Source: Candidatus Methanomethylophilaceae archaeon
GTDB lineage: Archaea > Thermoplasmatota > Thermoplasmata > Methanomassiliicoccales > Methanomethylophilaceae
Reading direction: 5' to 3'
DNA length: 56,533 nt
NCBI GenBank assembly: GCA_028702835.1
Contig: JAQVOB010000001.1
Location: 1 to 56,533, forward strand
In this document: piece by piece, positions 37,401 through 46,894 of the stretch
Layout: every line of letters begins with the position of its first letter
Numbering within the stretch: the stretch's first letter is position 1
Notes under the pieces: model-generated
What the model saw: only the letters and a program-made list of their open reading frames with translations
Databases searched by the model: none
Told to the model about the DNA's origin: nothing
Program-made: the position numbers and the translations under genes

Positions 37401-38076
37401 GAGCATAATGGCCCGGATGGGGCAGGTCAACCTGCGTGCCATTGAGGATTACGAGGACAGGAAGGCCAGATACGACAGCCTGAATGCGGATGTTGGAAGG
37501 CTGAATGCCCAGATAAAGGAGCTGAATGAACTGGTCGCTTCTCTCAACTCAGAGAAGAAAGGGCTTTTCATGAAGTCCTACGAGGGCATAGACAGCAATT
37601 TCAGGAAGATCTATGCGGAACTCTCAGGAGGGGGAGAGGCATTCATGAAGCTGGAGGATGAGGATGATCCGTTCCAGGGCGGGTTGGAGATAAACGCCAA
37701 GCCGAAGAACGGGAAACTGCTGAGGCTGGAAGCCCTCTCGGGAGGGGAGAAGTCCCTCACCGCTCTTGCATTCATATTCGCGATACAGGAGCATCAGCCG
37801 TCGCCGTTCTATGTCCTTGACGAAGTGGATATGTTCCTGGATTCCGTCAATGCGGAGATGGTCGCCACAAGGATAAGGAAGAGCGCAGAGACCGCACAGT
37901 TCCTGCAGGTCTCTCTCAGGAAGGTAACATTGGCAATGGCCCAGCATCTCATAGGGGTGATGAGGCAGCCCAACGGGTACAGCAAGATAATAATACAGCC
38001 GGACTTTGAAGAGGTCTCCAGGTACGAGAGCGAGGCACTGGCGCATAAGCAGGAAGCGAAGGAAGAGGAGGGATGA
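34474..38076 (+). CDS. smc: Chromosome segregation protein SMC
   Basis: 1200 aa: N-terminal Walker A GPNGSGKSN, long coiled coils, a central hinge (GIHGTIMELG...), a C-terminal LSGGEKSL signature and Walker B FYVLDEVD. GTG start with AGGGGTG SD. Confidence 0.95.
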   Translation: MYLKQVELENFKSFGGKMTIPLVEGYMAVTGPNGSGKSNITDAILFVLGPKSSKAIRAGRLTDLIFDGGKSKNRADFTKVSLIFDNTDRMISWDSDTVKLTRLVRFTSDRENYNSYFYVNDQKSSMGEFDSLLTRARISADGYNMVQQGDVTRIVTMGNIERRRVVDSISGIASYDEDISKAANERQEAEMNLERINIVIGELERQLEQLEKDMESAKKYLESQRRMEMAKAQSVHRQLETAEADLEYTKEQIAVHDNEISELRDKREELRKRISDLETEIKDKEAEIEAQVGPEYRTLKDKIESVKIAMATFADRMERAADDKEEQERSLSISKQMLAEAEKSIGSCIREMEDNEIALKLKSGELKEAKAEAARISEEMSSKGGEHTELQERLVRVEKAIDEKGSAEHRASIDAATAETAEEEASRSLASLEEQVNGVGFEIKDCEWSIKRAKEDAGPVSDVKTFTEKILAAKREEAELEKQEADLNSAIRRISEEYNSLLAEKKVTERVTRGANAVMAVLEMRDKGALKGIHGTIMELGTVDPEYETALSIAAGGKMQAIVVDDDQVAADAIAVLKKGNLGRATFLPLNKMMDGKPRAKAIMSVKDSEGYAIDLVDFDEKYRSAFWYVFGDTLVVRNMDQGRRLMGGIRIVTMDGDLIEASGAMVGGAVNKQATLKFGTTSQSRLDTVSAELRAANESLDTLRIKMRALRDSIREMDNQMRSVNAGSMELQSKLGKLEAQLKELNDKRKRLTSEAATKRDALSEAKEVNSKAVSELAKITSELEDLRAERTAIRDRIAEIAPAEMQERIQRIRDSVYELTNQVSELTTEKATLAAEKSGHDSHLSSIKTEIVKISKKIELDSESIQRASDENDKKRVELNALRIIEAEMESGIKGLRDVKDSLLESKIKAEGQRDNVFDKMETKTSFKLSLEAKVAITEESIRQLREEVSQIGFEVERPIPSEEELRRTIRSCESIMARMGQVNLRAIEDYEDRKARYDSLNADVGRLNAQIKELNELVASLNSEKKGLFMKSYEGIDSNFRKIYAELSGGGEAFMKLEDEDDPFQGGLEINAKPKNGKLLRLEALSGGEKSLTALAFIFAIQEHQPSPFYVLDEVDMFLDSVNAEMVATRIRKSAETAQFLQVSLRKVTLAMAQHLIGVMRQPNGYSKIIIQPDFEEVSRYESEALAHKQEAKEEEG

Positions 38077-38079
38077 GAA

Positions 38080-38961
38080 ATGAACGGGGATGCACAGACG
38101 AGTGACGCGGTCCAGCAGCACCTTATCTATCATAAGGCGCTGATAGACGACAACGTCGGGAATGAGAGAGTGAACAGGTACATCAGGATCCTGGGGGAAA
38201 GCGACAGCATGAAGCTGGAAGATCCTACGGATGAGGCGATAAGGTCGATATTCAGCCTCGTGTTCGAAAACCATCTGGACCCGTGGGAGATAGACCTCCA
38301 TGAGTTCGTAAGGCTCTATTCCTCTAAGATAAGCAAGAACGATTATGACATGATAGTCGCCGGTAAGCTGGTGCTCATGGCGTGGAAGATTCTGAGGATG
38401 CAGTCGGACAGGACAAGGGAGGTCTCCGAATGCATCGATGATAAGGACGATCTTCTCTTCGAGACGGACACGGATCTTTTCGCCGAAGAATCATTCATTC
38501 CCCTTGTGCCCTTGGTAAGTCTCACACCCGCGATCCGCAGGGAGCCGGTCAGGCAGGTCACCATGATGGAGCTCCTGGATGCCTTCGAGGATGCCAGAGA
38601 GGAGATAGAGATCTCCGTCGAGAGGGAGCGCCTGAAGCTGGAGCTGAAGGCGAAGGAGCCCAGGAAGTTCGAGAACAAGGCCCACGACGAGGATGATGAG
38701 AGGGATGTTGAGGTGGTTTACGAGAAGATACAGAAGCTCGGCGCCGGAGAGATGCTGTTGAGAGACCTGTACACCGCGGATACCCTGGTGAACATCAAGA
38801 TCTTCCTGGCCGTATTGCATCTGGTCAGGGACGGCAAGCTGGCCGTCAGGCAGGATGTGCTCCCTTACGGGGATGTGTTCATAGAGCTGAAGGTCGACTG
38901 GGCCGCAGGCACGGTCGAGGACGCATCGCCGGAGACGGTCATACGCGAGGCGGTGATCTGA
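38080..38961 (+). CDS. scpA: Segregation and condensation protein A (kleisin)
   Basis: LDPWEIDLHEFVRLY N-terminal motif and a C-terminal winged helix (FLAVLHLVRDGKL). Starts 4 nt after smc. Confidence 0.85.
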   Translation: MNGDAQTSDAVQQHLIYHKALIDDNVGNERVNRYIRILGESDSMKLEDPTDEAIRSIFSLVFENHLDPWEIDLHEFVRLYSSKISKNDYDMIVAGKLVLMAWKILRMQSDRTREVSECIDDKDDLLFETDTDLFAEESFIPLVPLVSLTPAIRREPVRQVTMMELLDAFEDAREEIEISVERERLKLELKAKEPRKFENKAHDEDDERDVEVVYEKIQKLGAGEMLLRDLYTADTLVNIKIFLAVLHLVRDGKLAVRQDVLPYGDVFIELKVDWAAGTVEDASPETVIREAVI

Positions 38962-38962
38962 G

Positions 38963-39460
38963 ATGGATTCGAAGGGCGCCGTAGAGGCGGCACTCTTCTC
39001 GTCCTCCCGGCCTATGAGGGTCAAGGAGGTCGCCGACAAAACCGGACTGTCGGACCAGACAGTCAGGAAGGCCCTTGCAGACCTGGCGGAGGGCTACGAT
39101 TCCGCGGGCTCTGCTGTGATGGTCTCCAAGATCAATTCGATGTATTCCCTTCGTCTGAGGGACGAGTACAGCCACTTCACGGACAGATTCTCCGATATGG
39201 AGATACCGCCTGCCACAATGAAGACGCTCTCCACGATAGCTTACAATCAGCCCGTATTGCAGTCGGAGCTTTTCCGGGCCCGGGGTGTGAGGACCTATGA
39301 GGACGTCAGGGAGCTTATGAGCATGGGCTTCGTTGCCGGCAAGAAGACCGGTCAGACCCTGGAGCTGACAACCACGAAGAGATTCGCGGAGTACTTCGGC
39401 ATAGAGGGCGGCAGGATCCAGGACGTCAAGGCTTGGATAGAGAAGAACCAGGGACACTGA
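38963..39460 (+). CDS. scpB: Segregation and condensation protein B
   Basis: Tandem wH domains: AVEAALFSSSRPMRVKEV and TLSTIAYNQPVLQSEL..RGV. Starts 2 nt after scpA. Confidence 0.85.
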   Translation: MDSKGAVEAALFSSSRPMRVKEVADKTGLSDQTVRKALADLAEGYDSAGSAVMVSKINSMYSLRLRDEYSHFTDRFSDMEIPPATMKTLSTIAYNQPVLQSELFRARGVRTYEDVRELMSMGFVAGKKTGQTLELTTTKRFAEYFGIEGGRIQDVKAWIEKNQGH

Positions 39461-39529
39461 TATCTCGGAATTGAAAAATCCCTTTGGAAACCTTTAAATC
39501 GTACTCCGTTTGTAGCCGAGACGATACAC

Positions 39530-39748
39530 ATGGTCATGCCACTCGCATTATTGGAGAAATCGCTGGATAAACGGGTGTCCCTGCTTTTGAAGGACGGAAG
39601 GGTTCTCGAGGGGAAGCTCACAGGCTACGACGAGTTCATGAACATGGTCATCGACGACACAGTGGAGAGCTTCCAGGAAACCGAGGGAAGACGTCTCGGA
39701 GTGGTCGTTCTTCGCGGTAACAACGTGGTCAGCATATCGATACTCTGA
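39530..39748 (+). CDS. Sm-like archaeal protein (LSm)
   Basis: Sm1 (VSLLLKDGRVLEGKLTGYDEFMNMVIDD) and Sm2 (VVLRGNNVVSI) motifs. 72 aa. Confidence 0.9.
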   Translation: MVMPLALLEKSLDKRVSLLLKDGRVLEGKLTGYDEFMNMVIDDTVESFQETEGRRLGVVVLRGNNVVSISIL

Positions 39749-39803
39749 TCTATCATCTCGGCAGAGCCATAACCTATTTACCCATGGAAAGGGTCTGCCG
39801 CTA

Positions 39804-41465
39804 GTGGCCATGTCTCTCATAGATAGGCTTGACGATGCGTCCAGTAAACGAGGAGTCAAACGAGCCTGGTTAATCCTTGTCGTTTTGGTTTTCCTGATTC
39901 TGATTATTTTACCATCCATTTACGTTCTTTTCGAAGCAGTTTCCCAGTGGGGTCTGATAAACGAGGTCGCCTCCGATTCCGGGAAGATGGCCGTTATATG
40001 GGGGGCGGTGGGCAATTCGTTCAGTATCGCATTCATCGTCACGATCATCGACATAATCGTGGGAATACCGATGGCATGGTTGATGGTCAGGAAGAACTTC
40101 CCCGGGAAGAGGTACGTGGATACTCTGATAGACATGCCACTTGCATTCCCTACCGCTGCCCTCGGGTTCTCGGTGGCGATATTCTGGGGGGTCCCCCAGG
40201 GCCTGGATGTCCCAGGTCTGGGGATAGTTCTCAGCCCCTATGTTCTCGTCATCCTTCTGCATCTGATATTCACATATCCTTACATGGTAAGGACGCTCTC
40301 CGGAATACTGGAGCAGCTGGACCCGAACTTTGAGACGGCCGGCATGACCTTGGGAGCATCCAGGTTCACTGCGGTGAGGACGATAACACTGCCCCTCTTC
40401 CGGGCGGGACTGGTCACGGGATTCATACTCTGTTTCGCCAGGTCACTCAGTGAGACCGGAGGCACATACATAGCCCTGAGCCTGATAGGCAAGCAGACAA
40501 CCTTCTTCACGGGACCTACGTTCATCAGCGAACTGAAGCATCAGGCAGGCTCCCAGGCGGCTATGCCGGAGCTGATCCTCATCAGCGTTCTGCTCATCGT
40601 GTTCGCGCTTCTCATGCTTTTCGTAGCAAAGCTGATGATGGATAGAGTGAAGATCCCATGGTCCAAGGTCTGGCCGAAATTCGAGAGGAAGATCAGCCGG
40701 GGCCTGGCGGTGAAAATGAGGAACGGTTTATCATCCTTCTTCCTTGCACTTTTCATTATAATCCCTTCATTTTTCATATTTTCCTTCCTTCTCGTCGACG
40801 GGCCTTTACCAGACATGGCGGGTCTGTTCAAGGCCATGGGTATATCATTCCTGGTTGCGGGAGCGGCCACGGCATTCGACATCGTGTTCGGAATCCCTAT
40901 GGCCCTCTATATAGCCAGGAACAGGGACAAGAGTCTCGGCAGGGCCCTGGATATGCTAGTGAATGTCCCTCTGATAATACCGACCACTGCACTCGGGCTG
41001 TCACTGTTCCTGTTCTGGTCCAGCGCATCTCTTCCCGGACTGGTGCTCGTGATACTTGGTCACATATCGTTCACGTATCCTCTCGTGGTGAGGAACGTCA
41101 TAGGCGCAGTGGAGGAGGTAGACCCGTCCTATGAGGAGATAGCGAAGACCTTGGGCGCCAAGCCCTTCCAGGCATTCCGCAAAGTGCTCCTCCCGGTTAT
41201 ACAGTCCTCGGTTCTTGCAGGATCGATCCTAGCATTCACCAGGAGTCTCGGGGAGACCGGGGCCACAATAGCGATAGATCCGACCATCAACACAGTCCCG
41301 ATCTACATCGTCAATCTGATAAACAAGTTCACAGAATTCAACAATCCAGATTACGCATACCAGGCGGCCGTTGCATCGATCACGCTGACGGTTGTATGCT
41401 TCGTGCTGATGGTAGCCGTGAAATATGTCACGCGCAGGACGCTGGGAGGTCGGAGACATGACTGA
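39804..41465 (+). CDS. Fused two-domain ABC transporter permease (about 12 TM)
   Basis: Two internally repeated halves, each with an EAA-type loop (AGMTLGASRFTAVRTITLPL and IAKTLGAKPFQAFRKVLLPV). GTG at 39804 or ATG at 39810, about 25 nt after TATA cctatttaccc. Confidence 0.85.
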   Translation: MAMSLIDRLDDASSKRGVKRAWLILVVLVFLILIILPSIYVLFEAVSQWGLINEVASDSGKMAVIWGAVGNSFSIAFIVTIIDIIVGIPMAWLMVRKNFPGKRYVDTLIDMPLAFPTAALGFSVAIFWGVPQGLDVPGLGIVLSPYVLVILLHLIFTYPYMVRTLSGILEQLDPNFETAGMTLGASRFTAVRTITLPLFRAGLVTGFILCFARSLSETGGTYIALSLIGKQTTFFTGPTFISELKHQAGSQAAMPELILISVLLIVFALLMLFVAKLMMDRVKIPWSKVWPKFERKISRGLAVKMRNGLSSFFLALFIIIPSFFIFSFLLVDGPLPDMAGLFKAMGISFLVAGAATAFDIVFGIPMALYIARNRDKSLGRALDMLVNVPLIIPTTALGLSLFLFWSSASLPGLVLVILGHISFTYPLVVRNVIGAVEEVDPSYEEIAKTLGAKPFQAFRKVLLPVIQSSVLAGSILAFTRSLGETGATIAIDPTINTVPIYIVNLINKFTEFNNPDYAYQAAVASITLTVVCFVLMVAVKYVTRRTLGGRRHD

Positions 41466-42552
41466 GATAAGGCTGGAGGGTCTGAAGAAGAAGTTCTGTT
41501 CGGATATGGCAGCCGACGGCATAGATCTGACAGTGGAATCGGGAGAGTACCTCTGCATCCTGGGCCCTACCGGGGCAGGAAAGACCACGCTCATGAGGAT
41601 GATCTGCGGCCTGACGGAGCCGGACGAGGGCAGAGTTTTCTTCGGAGATCAGGACATCACGTATCTGGATACGGCCGAGAGGGGTGCGACCATGCTCTCT
41701 CAGACCTACGCGCTCTTTCCCAATATGAGGGTGAAGGAGAACGTGCTGTTCGGATCATGGATCAAAGGATGGCCCGAGGAGGAGAGCCAGCAGTTGGCCA
41801 GGAACATACTGTCCATGATGCATATGGAGTCCAGGTCCAAGGCATATCCGGACGAGCTTTCGGGAGGACAGCAGCAGAGGATCGCCCTTGCGAGGGCGTT
41901 AGCGTCAGGTTCCAAAGTACTGCTCCTCGATGAGCCCCTGCGGGCCTTGGATGCGCGCCTCAGGCTGGAGCTGAGGAAGGACCTCAAAGGGATGGTGAAG
42001 GCCATGGGCCTTACGGCAATCCACGTCACGCACGATCAGGATGAGGCCCTGGAGATGGCTGACAGGATAGCGGTCCTTCGGGCAGGGAGGATAATACAGG
42101 TGGGCACCCCCAAAGAGGTGTTCGAGGACCCGAAGACCCCCTTCGTTGCCAACTTCGTCGGCAGATCCAATATGATCCAGTGCAAGGTTGTCCGGTCAGC
42201 GGATGGGAAGGTCCTTCTCGAGAATGATGGAGGTCTGAGGATGGAGGCCAAGGACGGGGGCCACTCTCCTGGCACGGAAGTCCTGATGGCTGTAAAGGTG
42301 GGCAATACGAAGATATCCACCACGCTTCCCGGTTATTTCGAGGGCAGAGTGGAGAAGGTCCTCTACGAAGGTGCCACCATAACCGTGGAGGTAATGGTAA
42401 AGGGGCTTGGGTTGGTTTATTCCAAGCTGCCAAATAGGAAATTCGATGACTTCCGGGAAGGGAGCATGGTATCGGTCAACTGGAGCCCCAATAAGGCCAA
42501 GGTATTCGATATACCTGAGAGCGGGATAGAGTACGAGATAAGGGTGGACTGA
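41458..42552 (+). CDS. ABC transporter ATP-binding protein 1 (canonical motifs, C-terminal regulatory domain)
   Basis: Walker A GPTGAGKTT, signature LSGGQQQR, Walker B LLLDEP, H-loop VTHDQ, and a C-terminal extension of about 120 aa (TOBE-like). Overlaps the permease stop by 8 nt. Confidence 0.9.
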   Translation: MTEIRLEGLKKKFCSDMAADGIDLTVESGEYLCILGPTGAGKTTLMRMICGLTEPDEGRVFFGDQDITYLDTAERGATMLSQTYALFPNMRVKENVLFGSWIKGWPEEESQQLARNILSMMHMESRSKAYPDELSGGQQQRIALARALASGSKVLLLDEPLRALDARLRLELRKDLKGMVKAMGLTAIHVTHDQDEALEMADRIAVLRAGRIIQVGTPKEVFEDPKTPFVANFVGRSNMIQCKVVRSADGKVLLENDGGLRMEAKDGGHSPGTEVLMAVKVGNTKISTTLPGYFEGRVEKVLYEGATITVEVMVKGLGLVYSKLPNRKFDDFREGSMVSVNWSPNKAKVFDIPESGIEYEIRVD

Positions 42553-43638
42553 ATGCCGCACGTCAGACTTGAGAACATAACGATGAGGTTCGGTGACATA
42601 ACCGCAGTCAGGGACATTGATCTGGAGATCCGCAATGGGGAGTACGTCACCATACTGGGACCATCCGGATGCGGCAAAACAACCCTCATCAAGATAGTGG
42701 CAGGCATATTGCGCCCCACGGACGGTAAGATATTCGTCGATGGGAAGGATGTTACCAAAGTCCATCTGGAGGACAGGGATACAGGTTATGTGTTCCAGAA
42801 CATCGCTCTGTTCCCCCACATGACGATACGCGGGAATGCGGAGTACGGGCCGAAGGTGCATTCCGTTGAAGAAGGGGAGGCCGAGGCCACAGCGGAGGAG
42901 TACCTGAGGCTGGTGGACATGCTGGACAAAGCAGGGCACTTCCCCAAGGAGCTTTCCGGAGGGGATCAGCAGAAGGCAGCGCTGGCCAGAGCTCTGGCGT
43001 CCGGTTCCAGGATGCTGATGCTGGACGAGCCCCTGTCGGCTCTGGATGCAAGGGTGCGTATGGAGCTGAGATATGAGATAAGGCGCATCGTTAAGCGTCT
43101 GGGCATAACGGTTCTGCACGTGACCCACGATCAGGAGGAGGCCATGTCTGTTTCAGACAGAATAATTCTGATGCGGAAGGGCAAGATATTCGAGACGGGT
43201 ACACCTTTGGAGATGTACAGATCTCCGAAAAGCATATTCGCTGCGTACTTCATAGGTGAAACGAATCTTATGGAGTGCACCGTGGAGAGCAAGAGGAAAG
43301 GCGGAGGCGTGATCCTGAGATTAAGGAACGACGTTCCCGTAAACGTTTCCAAATCCAAGGCGAATGTGGGGGATATAGCGATCCTCTCGGTGCGCCCTGA
43401 GCATGTGTACACGGCGACGGACGGGCTTAAGGCATATGTGAGGGACGTTGTATTCATGGGAACATATTGGCGTGTGAGGACAGAAGCGGAATCTCAGGAC
43501 TATGTGGACTACAACATACCTGCCGATTCACAAGTGCCAGAGATAGGGGAAGAGGTGTACTTGGTTTTCAACAAGAAGGCTTCTAGGGTGTTCAAGAGGC
43601 CCAAGGAAGGATTAACGGAGGCGATTAAGCTTGAGTGA
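42553..43638 (+). CDS. ABC transporter ATP-binding protein 2 (variant signature motif)
   Basis: Walker A GPSGCGKTT, signature LSGGDQQK (Q-to-D at position 5), Walker B LMLDEP, H-loop VTHDQ, and a C-terminal extension. The ATG directly follows the ATPase 1 stop. Confidence 0.9.
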   Translation: MPHVRLENITMRFGDITAVRDIDLEIRNGEYVTILGPSGCGKTTLIKIVAGILRPTDGKIFVDGKDVTKVHLEDRDTGYVFQNIALFPHMTIRGNAEYGPKVHSVEEGEAEATAEEYLRLVDMLDKAGHFPKELSGGDQQKAALARALASGSRMLMLDEPLSALDARVRMELRYEIRRIVKRLGITVLHVTHDQEEAMSVSDRIILMRKGKIFETGTPLEMYRSPKSIFAAYFIGETNLMECTVESKRKGGGVILRLRNDVPVNVSKSKANVGDIAILSVRPEHVYTATDGLKAYVRDVVFMGTYWRVRTEAESQDYVDYNIPADSQVPEIGEEVYLVFNKKASRVFKRPKEGLTEAIKLE

Positions 43639-43639
43639 T

Positions 43640-44308
43640 ATGAAAGATATGCTGGAATGGTTCTCTAGGAGGACCAGCGGAGTGGTGCAGAAGGGTAGCA
43701 GGAGTCACGGCCTGATCGTTCTTGATACTGTGGTAGAACTGGAGAAGGCTCTGAAAGCCATGTCCGACGGGGACAAGCAGACCGCGCTCAAGTGTATAGA
43801 CAGAGTGATACTCAACGAGAGGGAGGCCGACCGCATAGAGGATTCCCTTTGCAGGGAGATAGTCGACGGATCCCTGAAGAGCCAGGAGAGGGAGGACCTC
43901 CTTCATCTGATCAAGAAGACCGATAAGATCTCGGATAAGGTCAACGAGGCAGGTCTGTACCTGCAGCTGATAATCGAGACGGAAGTCGAGGTTCCGAAGT
44001 ACCTATGGGATGCCGCAAAGCAGATGACCTCGGAGCTTGTGCTGTCCGTCAGGCTTCTGATCATGGCATTTGAGAACATGGGCAAGAACAAAGGAGAGGT
44101 TCAAAGGCACATCGGTTCCATAAATGATCAGGAACGTCTCATAGATCAGATGGATTATGCCAATTTCAGAAGGATACTCATGTCCGATATGGACCACAAG
44201 GGGATCCTGCTCATGCGCGGCCTCACGGAATCATTGGAGAAAGCGGCGGATGCCAGCAATTCATGTGCCGAGACTTTGGCGGTACTGATGATAGCCAGAG
44301 GGGCATAA
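43640..44308 (+). CDS. DUF47 / PhoU-like protein
   Basis: Two helical repeats with E.E.D.I and E..AD motifs (NEREADRIEDSL; LEKAADASNSCAE), as in DUF47 (TIGR00153-like). The ATG lies 2 nt after the ATPase 2 stop. A TTG at 43631 is also possible. Confidence 0.65.
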   Translation: MKDMLEWFSRRTSGVVQKGSRSHGLIVLDTVVELEKALKAMSDGDKQTALKCIDRVILNEREADRIEDSLCREIVDGSLKSQEREDLLHLIKKTDKISDKVNEAGLYLQLIIETEVEVPKYLWDAAKQMTSELVLSVRLLIMAFENMGKNKGEVQRHIGSINDQERLIDQMDYANFRRILMSDMDHKGILLMRGLTESLEKAADASNSCAETLAVLMIARGA

Positions 44309-44309
44309 C

Positions 44310-45671
44310 ATGGCTAAACGGTTGTTCGGCACCAACGGTGTGCGCGGAGTCATCAACGACGATATGACATCGGAGTTGGGTCTTCGACTGGGCAAAGCAA
44401 TAGGTGAATTCTTTGGAGGTACCGTGGCCATAGCCTCGGATACCAGGGTATCCGGGGATATGATAAAATCTGCGGTATCAGCAGGGCTTATGGCTGTGGG
44501 GTGCAGAGTGCTCGATCTGGGAGTGATACCTACTCCGGCAATACAGTACTTCGTGAAGACCCATGATCATGTTTCCGGAGGGGTGATGATAACAGCTTCT
44601 CACAATCCTCCCGAGTTCAACGGCATAAAATGCATCGCTCCTGATGGTACGGAGCTGCATCGTTCCGATGAGGAGCAGATCGAGAAGAAATACGAAGAGG
44701 ACGCCCCCTGCAAGCCCTGGAGCGAAGTCGGTACGAAAGATGAAGTCCTGGGAGCCGCCGATTCTTATGTTGATGCGGTAGTGTCCCTGGTCGACTCGGA
44801 GACGATAAGGGCTGCCAACCTGGTCGCGGTGCTGGATTGCGCCAACGGAGCATCTTATTACACTGCACCTCTGTTGCTTAGCAAGCTGAATGTGAGGGCG
44901 ATAACCCTCAACGCCAATCCTCAGGGTGAGTTCCCGGGTCATCCCAGCGAGCCCACTGAGAATAACCTTGCGACTTTGATAGAGACAACAAAGTACACGA
45001 AAGCCGACATAGGAATAGCTCACGACGGGGACGCGGACAGAACCGTGTTCATAACCGAAAAAGGGGAATTCATCAGCGGAGACAAGAGCCTGGCACTTAT
45101 GGCGGAGATGGCCGTTTCCAAAAAAAGGGGAGGTAAGATAGTCACTCCCGTAAGCTCCTCCTCCATGGTAGAGGATGTTGTGGTCAAGGCGGGCGGAGAG
45201 GTGATATACACAGCCGTCGGGTCCCCGGTGGTCGCCAGGAAGATGATCGATACGGATGCGATCTTCGGAGGCGAGGAGAACGGTGGGCTGATATTCCCCG
45301 AGATGCAGTACTGCAGAGACGGTGCTATGACCGCAGCCAAGATGCTGGAGTACATAGCCAATAAAGGCTCCCTGCAAGAAAGGATCGATTCGCTGCCCGC
45401 TTATTTCACTGACAAGAGGAAATTGGAGTGCCCTGCGGGGATGAGGGAAGATCTCATGGAGCATCTGAAGAAACTCAATGCCGCCAGGACCACGGATTCT
45501 ACAGACGGACTCAAGATAATCTATCCTGACGGATGGGTTCTTCTCAGACCTTCTGGCACAGAGCAGATATTCAGGATATACTCCGAAGCGAAGGATACGG
45601 AGACGGCAGAGAAGAGAGGGGCCTACTATGAGGACATAGTGAAGGATTTCCTCAATTCCTACAAGACCTGA
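44310..45671 (+). CDS. glmM: Phosphoglucosamine / phosphohexose mutase
   Basis: Active-site loop ITASHNPPEFNGIK, metal loop HDGDADR, GEENGG sugar loop, and RPSGTE phosphate loop. Confidence 0.88.
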   Translation: MAKRLFGTNGVRGVINDDMTSELGLRLGKAIGEFFGGTVAIASDTRVSGDMIKSAVSAGLMAVGCRVLDLGVIPTPAIQYFVKTHDHVSGGVMITASHNPPEFNGIKCIAPDGTELHRSDEEQIEKKYEEDAPCKPWSEVGTKDEVLGAADSYVDAVVSLVDSETIRAANLVAVLDCANGASYYTAPLLLSKLNVRAITLNANPQGEFPGHPSEPTENNLATLIETTKYTKADIGIAHDGDADRTVFITEKGEFISGDKSLALMAEMAVSKKRGGKIVTPVSSSSMVEDVVVKAGGEVIYTAVGSPVVARKMIDTDAIFGGEENGGLIFPEMQYCRDGAMTAAKMLEYIANKGSLQERIDSLPAYFTDKRKLECPAGMREDLMEHLKKLNAARTTDSTDGLKIIYPDGWVLLRPSGTEQIFRIYSEAKDTETAEKRGAYYEDIVKDFLNSYKT

Positions 45672-46503
45672 CCGCTATAACTTCCTTGATCATCCTGGCC
45701 GCAAGCACGGACGTCGTACCGCTGGGATCGGCGGGAGGACAGACCTCCGTGACATCGAATCCCACTAAGCGGTCTCCCAGCAGGTTTATGGCCTTCTTGA
45801 CATCCATCGGCGTCAGACCGAAAGGTTCCGGCGTGCCGGTACCGGGAGCGTAAGCCGGATCGATGCCGTCTATGTCCAGAGTCAGATAGATGCCGTCGCA
45901 TCTTACGCTTTCCATGGCCTTCTTGACAGCCTTCTCGATCCCGGATTCCATTATCTCGTATGAATCTATGAATCTGATCGGGTCATCCCTGTCCAGTTCC
46001 TCTTCGGAAACGGACCTGACACCCAGAACGAAAACGTTATCCAGGCCCAGATGCTCGGCCGCTCTGCGCGTTATGCAGGCGTGGCTCTCCCTGCACCCGA
46101 GATATTCGTCCCTGGAGTCCAGATGGGCATCGATGGATATCAGGGCTATGCTCTTCTCCTTGAAGCAGCGAATAATCGGTATGTTCACGGAATGCTCGCC
46201 GCCCATGGCTATCGTGAATTTGCCGTCCCTTATGGCCGGGCCCATGACGAACCCGACCTCATCCATCATATCCCCGGGGAGCAGGAAATCGTCGCAGTCC
46301 CCGTAGTCGTGCAAAGCGGCATCGTAGCTGCCGTGCTCGTAATGGGTCCTCTCAAAATTGTATGATGCGCGCCTTATGGCGGCAGGTGCCTCCCTTGCAC
46401 CGGCCCTGAAACTGGCGGTTCTGTCGAAGGGTATGCCGTATAGGCAGAAATCCGCATCGTTGTAGGATGCGTCGGCATCTGCGAAAGATGTACCCTGAGG
46501 CAT
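45652..46503 (-). CDS. speB: Agmatinase (arginase family)
   Basis: GGEHS, SIDAHLD and LTLDIDGIDP manganese-ligand motifs. Lies directly downstream of aIF5A, as in many archaea. Confidence 0.85.
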   Translation of the reverse strand: MPQGTSFADADASYNDADFCLYGIPFDRTASFRAGAREAPAAIRRASYNFERTHYEHGSYDAALHDYGDCDDFLLPGDMMDEVGFVMGPAIRDGKFTIAMGGEHSVNIPIIRCFKEKSIALISIDAHLDSRDEYLGCRESHACITRRAAEHLGLDNVFVLGVRSVSEEELDRDDPIRFIDSYEIMESGIEKAVKKAMESVRCDGIYLTLDIDGIDPAYAPGTGTPEPFGLTPMDVKKAINLLGDRLVGFDVTEVCPPADPSGTTSVLAARMIKEVIAVRSCRN

Positions 46504-46504
46504 C

Positions 46505-46894
46505 TCACATCAGCTTCATTCTGTCCATGGCCACGAGATACATTATCTCGCCGCCCTCTTCCAGAACGGACTCGTGGTCTGCGTTGATGGCCATGCTGAA
46601 TGTCTCGAAGGTCTCCAGGTCCATGATCTGGACTTCGTCGCCGTGTATGGCGAGGACCTGTCCCTTCCTCTTGTCGATGATAGGGACCTGTACTTTGGTG
46701 CTGACAGGACCAACAAGGGATTTTTTGGAACCGGTGAAAATGCTCACGGCATCGATGTTGGCCTTGGCGGACCCGTGCTTTCCGGGCTTGGACGTAGATA
46801 TTGAGATTATTTTACAAGGTTCGTCATCGATGTTGACGTACCTTCCGATCTTCAGTTCCCTTATCTCTTTTGCTTCCCAATCTCCACCGGCCAT
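46505..46894 (-). CDS. eif5A: Translation initiation factor 5A
   Basis: Hypusine loop STSKPGKHGSAKA. 129 aa. Confidence 0.92.
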   Translation of the reverse strand: MAGGDWEAKEIRELKIGRYVNIDDEPCKIISISTSKPGKHGSAKANIDAVSIFTGSKKSLVGPVSTKVQVPIIDKRKGQVLAIHGDEVQIMDLETFETFSMAINADHESVLEEGGEIMYLVAMDRMKLM

